Shown here: positions 36,915-39,217 of the stretch, piece after piece | Position numbering within the stretch: the first letter of the stretch is position 1 | Layout of the letters: every line of letters begins with the position of its first letter | Assembly: GCA_031431055.1 (NCBI GenBank) | Contig: JANPCQ010000085.1 | Location: 1 to 39,217, forward strand | Length of the DNA stretch: 39,217 nt | Source: Nitrosarchaeum sp. | Lineage (GTDB): Archaea > Thermoproteota > Nitrososphaeria > Nitrososphaerales > Nitrosopumilaceae | Direction of reading: 5' to 3' | The notes under the pieces: generated by a model | What the model saw: only the letters and a program-made list of their open reading frames with translations | The model's database searches: none | What the model was told of the DNA's origin: nothing | Position numbers and translations under genes: made by a program

Positions 36915-38237
36915 TTATCTTAATTTGACGTATTCATATGCCCCAAGTTTACTATCAAAACAGTAATGAACTTTTTGATAATTCTTTCTGAAAGCTTTTA
37001 CTTTTGAAAGAATCTTCTTAGGATCTTTTTTCTCAATTACAACTTCTTTGATATACAATGCAATCTCTTTCATCTCATCTTGTTTCATACCAAGCCTTGT
37101 AATTTCAGAAACTCCTAATCTTATTCCTCCTGGATGAAAATAATTACGACCAGCTTTAATATCACCTGGAATAAGTTGCCTATTGACAATGATATTGGCT
37201 TTTTCTAAATCTGCTTCAACTTTTCCGCCATCAGAATAATCAAGAACATTTACAGCAACTTGATGAGACTCTGTAAATCCTCTGCTTTCTCCTAACACTT
37301 TGAAACCAGCATTACTAAGAGCTTCAGCAAAAACTTTTGCATTTTTTATAATTTGACTGGCATAATCCTTTCCAAATTCTAATGCTTCTGCAAAAGCTAC
37401 TGCTTTTCCTGCCATATGATGAATATGATGACTACTAGTTAATCCCGGAAATGTTGCTTTCTTTATTACATCTTCATGTTTTTCAGAACCCAAAACAAGT
37501 CCACCCTGAGGTCCAAACAGAGTTTTATGAGTACTCATTGTCATAGTATCTGCACCTTCACGTAATGGATCCTGAAATTTTCCACCAGCAATCAACCCTG
37601 CTACATGTGCTGCATCATAATTGATATGCATACCAAAACTCTTTAGAAAATCTGCCAATTCTTTGACAGGATGTGGAAATAAAAATAATGATCCACCAAA
37701 CATTGCCATCTTTGGTAGACGATTTATTTTCTTTAGCTCTTCTACTTTTTGTTTGGTCTTATCAACATCAATTGTCATCTCCTCAGCATTAAATGGATAA
37801 AATTCAATTTCCAATCCATGAACTAATCCCGCAGTTCCTGAATGTTCTTTTTTACCATGAGAAATATGACCGCCAGCAGGAATTGAAGGTGCTAACATTA
37901 CATCACCTGGATTTGTAAAAGCAGAATATACTACAAGATTGGCAACTACCCCAGAAATAGGTCTCACATCTGCAAATTTGGCCTTGTACAACTTCTTTGC
38001 AAGCTTCATGCATTCAAACTCAACATCATCAATGTACACACATCCTGCATAGACTCTCTCACCCGGCCAACCCTCAGCATATCTATTGCCAAAATCTGAT
38101 ATTATTGCCTCTCTGACAGCTGGGCTTGGTACGTTTTCACTTGCAATTAGCGGAATAGAATTTTCAAACCATTTGTGATGTTCTTTTAACTTTGAGAAAA
38201 TTTTATTGTAAGACTCTTTATTTGGTGACTTGACCAT
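36915..38237 (-). CDS. glyA: Serine hydroxymethyltransferase
   Basis: LIASEN, YAEG.PG.R.Y.G, GGHISHG, STHKTLFGPQGG. Confidence 0.97.
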   Translation of the reverse strand: MVKSPNKESYNKIFSKLKEHHKWFENSIPLIASENVPSPAVREAIISDFGNRYAEGWPGERVYAGCVYIDDVEFECMKLAKKLYKAKFADVRPISGVVANLVVYSAFTNPGDVMLAPSIPAGGHISHGKKEHSGTAGLVHGLEIEFYPFNAEEMTIDVDKTKQKVEELKKINRLPKMAMFGGSLFLFPHPVKELADFLKSFGMHINYDAAHVAGLIAGGKFQDPLREGADTMTMSTHKTLFGPQGGLVLGSEKHEDVIKKATFPGLTSSHHIHHMAGKAVAFAEALEFGKDYASQIIKNAKVFAEALSNAGFKVLGESRGFTESHQVAVNVLDYSDGGKVEADLEKANIIVNRQLIPGDIKAGRNYFHPGGIRLGVSEITRLGMKQDEMKEIALYIKEVVIEKKDPKKILSKVKAFRKNYQKVHYCFDSKLGAYEYVKLR

Positions 38238-38344
38238 GTTTTGCGAATTGATTTTCCCAATTTAAAAACACCGATTTTAGACTATTTTATTGACAAGTTT
38301 TTGATCTGCAACGTATAAAAGGGGAGTTAGAGATTTTTCCATCT

Positions 38345-39217
38345 ATGGGTATGCAAGCAACTTCTAAAGGCACTATGCCAGTTGTATTGTTAAAGGAAGG
38401 CGGCACTGAAACCAAAGGACGAGACGCACAAAAAAATAACATTGCAGCAGCTAAAATAATTGCCGAAATTGTTCATACTAGCCTTGGTCCAAGAGGTATG
38501 GATAAAATGTTAGTTGACTCCTTGGGAGATGTTACTATTACTAATGACGGTGCAACCATTCTAAAAGAAATTGATGTACAACATCCAGCAGCAAAAATGC
38601 TCGTTGAAATATCAAAGACTACTGATAATGAAGTAGGAGACGGTACCACATCGGCTGTCATTCTAGCTGGTGCTCTTCTAGAGAATGCTGAATCACTTTT
38701 AGATCAAAATGTTCACCCAACAATTATAGTTGATGGATATAGAAAGGCAGCTAAAAAAGCAAAACAATTCCTTCAAGACATTGCTGAGACTGTAACTGCA
38801 AATGATAAAACAATTCTTAACAAAATTGCAAAAACATCTATGCAAACAAAACTAGTAAGAAAAGACTCTGATCAATTAGCAGATATTGTTGTGAAAGCAG
38901 TTCTTGAAGTTGCTGAAAAAGAAGGCGACAAATATACCGTTGATATTGATGATATTAAAGTAGAAAAGAAAGCCGGCGGTTCGATTAAAGATTCTGTTAT
39001 TATCAAAGGTATTGTGCTTGACAAAGAAATTGTTCATGGTGGAATGCCAAGAAAAATTACTGATGCAAAAATAGCCTTAATTAACAAAGCTCTTGAAATT
39101 AGTAAAACTGAAACCGATGCTAAAATAAATATCTCAAACCCACAACAATTGAAATCATTTCTTGATGAGGAAAATAGAATGCTAAAGAATATGGTGGATA
39201 AAGTAATTGGTTCTGGA
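38345..39217 (+). CDS. ths: Thermosome (group II chaperonin) subunit, runs off the window end
   Basis: Manual translation: [25 protein letters not shown]. Confidence 0.96.
   Translation, partial: MGMQATSKGTMPVVLLKEGGTETKGRDAQKNNIAAAKIIAEIVHTSLGPRGMDKMLVDSLGDVTITNDGATILKEIDVQHPAAKMLVEISKTTDNEVGDGTTSAVILAGALLENAESLLDQNVHPTIIVDGYRKAAKKAKQFLQDIAETVTANDKTILNKIAKTSMQTKLVRKDSDQLADIVVKAVLEVAEKEGDKYTVDIDDIKVEKKAGGSIKDSVIIKGIVLDKEIVHGGMPRKITDAKIALINKALEISKTETDAKINISNPQQLKSFLDEENRMLKNMVDKVIGSG

Noticed and set aside
1375-38661. Other short overlapping ORFs in the track (e.g. 1375-1659, 4247-4714, 13960-14268, 20514-20963, 33622-33960, 38473-38661)
   Set aside because: They lie antisense to or out of frame within confidently identified genes and show no motifs

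Overview
AT-rich archaeal chromosomal DNA. The gene set (PolD DP1/DP2, Cdc6/Orc1, TFB, ESCRT-III, thermosome, GGGP synthase, cupredoxin-like protein, CbiE) fits an ammonia-oxidising thaumarchaeon of the Nitrosopumilaceae type; this assignment is inferred. The left part holds housekeeping genes (GPN GTPase, thrB, queC/folE/queE) and a wHTH + transmembrane-wHTH + secreted-protein operon. A partly decayed region at about 11.4-18 kb has three broken genes (tfb, an SDR, crcB/fluc), a C2H2 zinc-finger micro-ORF and a GC-rich structured RNA candidate at 13018-13146. The centre has hsp20-cdc48, NDH-2, a surface cyclophilin and cbiE. The right part is the replication locus: DP1, cdc6, a probable origin with four ORB-like boxes, GGGPS, DP2, glyA and a partial thermosome gene. 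The most striking unexplained feature is a block of four small predicted DNA-binding genes beside the origin, one of them membrane-anchored. It comes with two dense motif arrays (GTTAAC and ATCACA/TGTGAT) and a perfect 16-bp palindrome, and is a candidate origin-control or membrane-tethering system. No tRNA, rRNA, CRISPR array or mobile element was seen.
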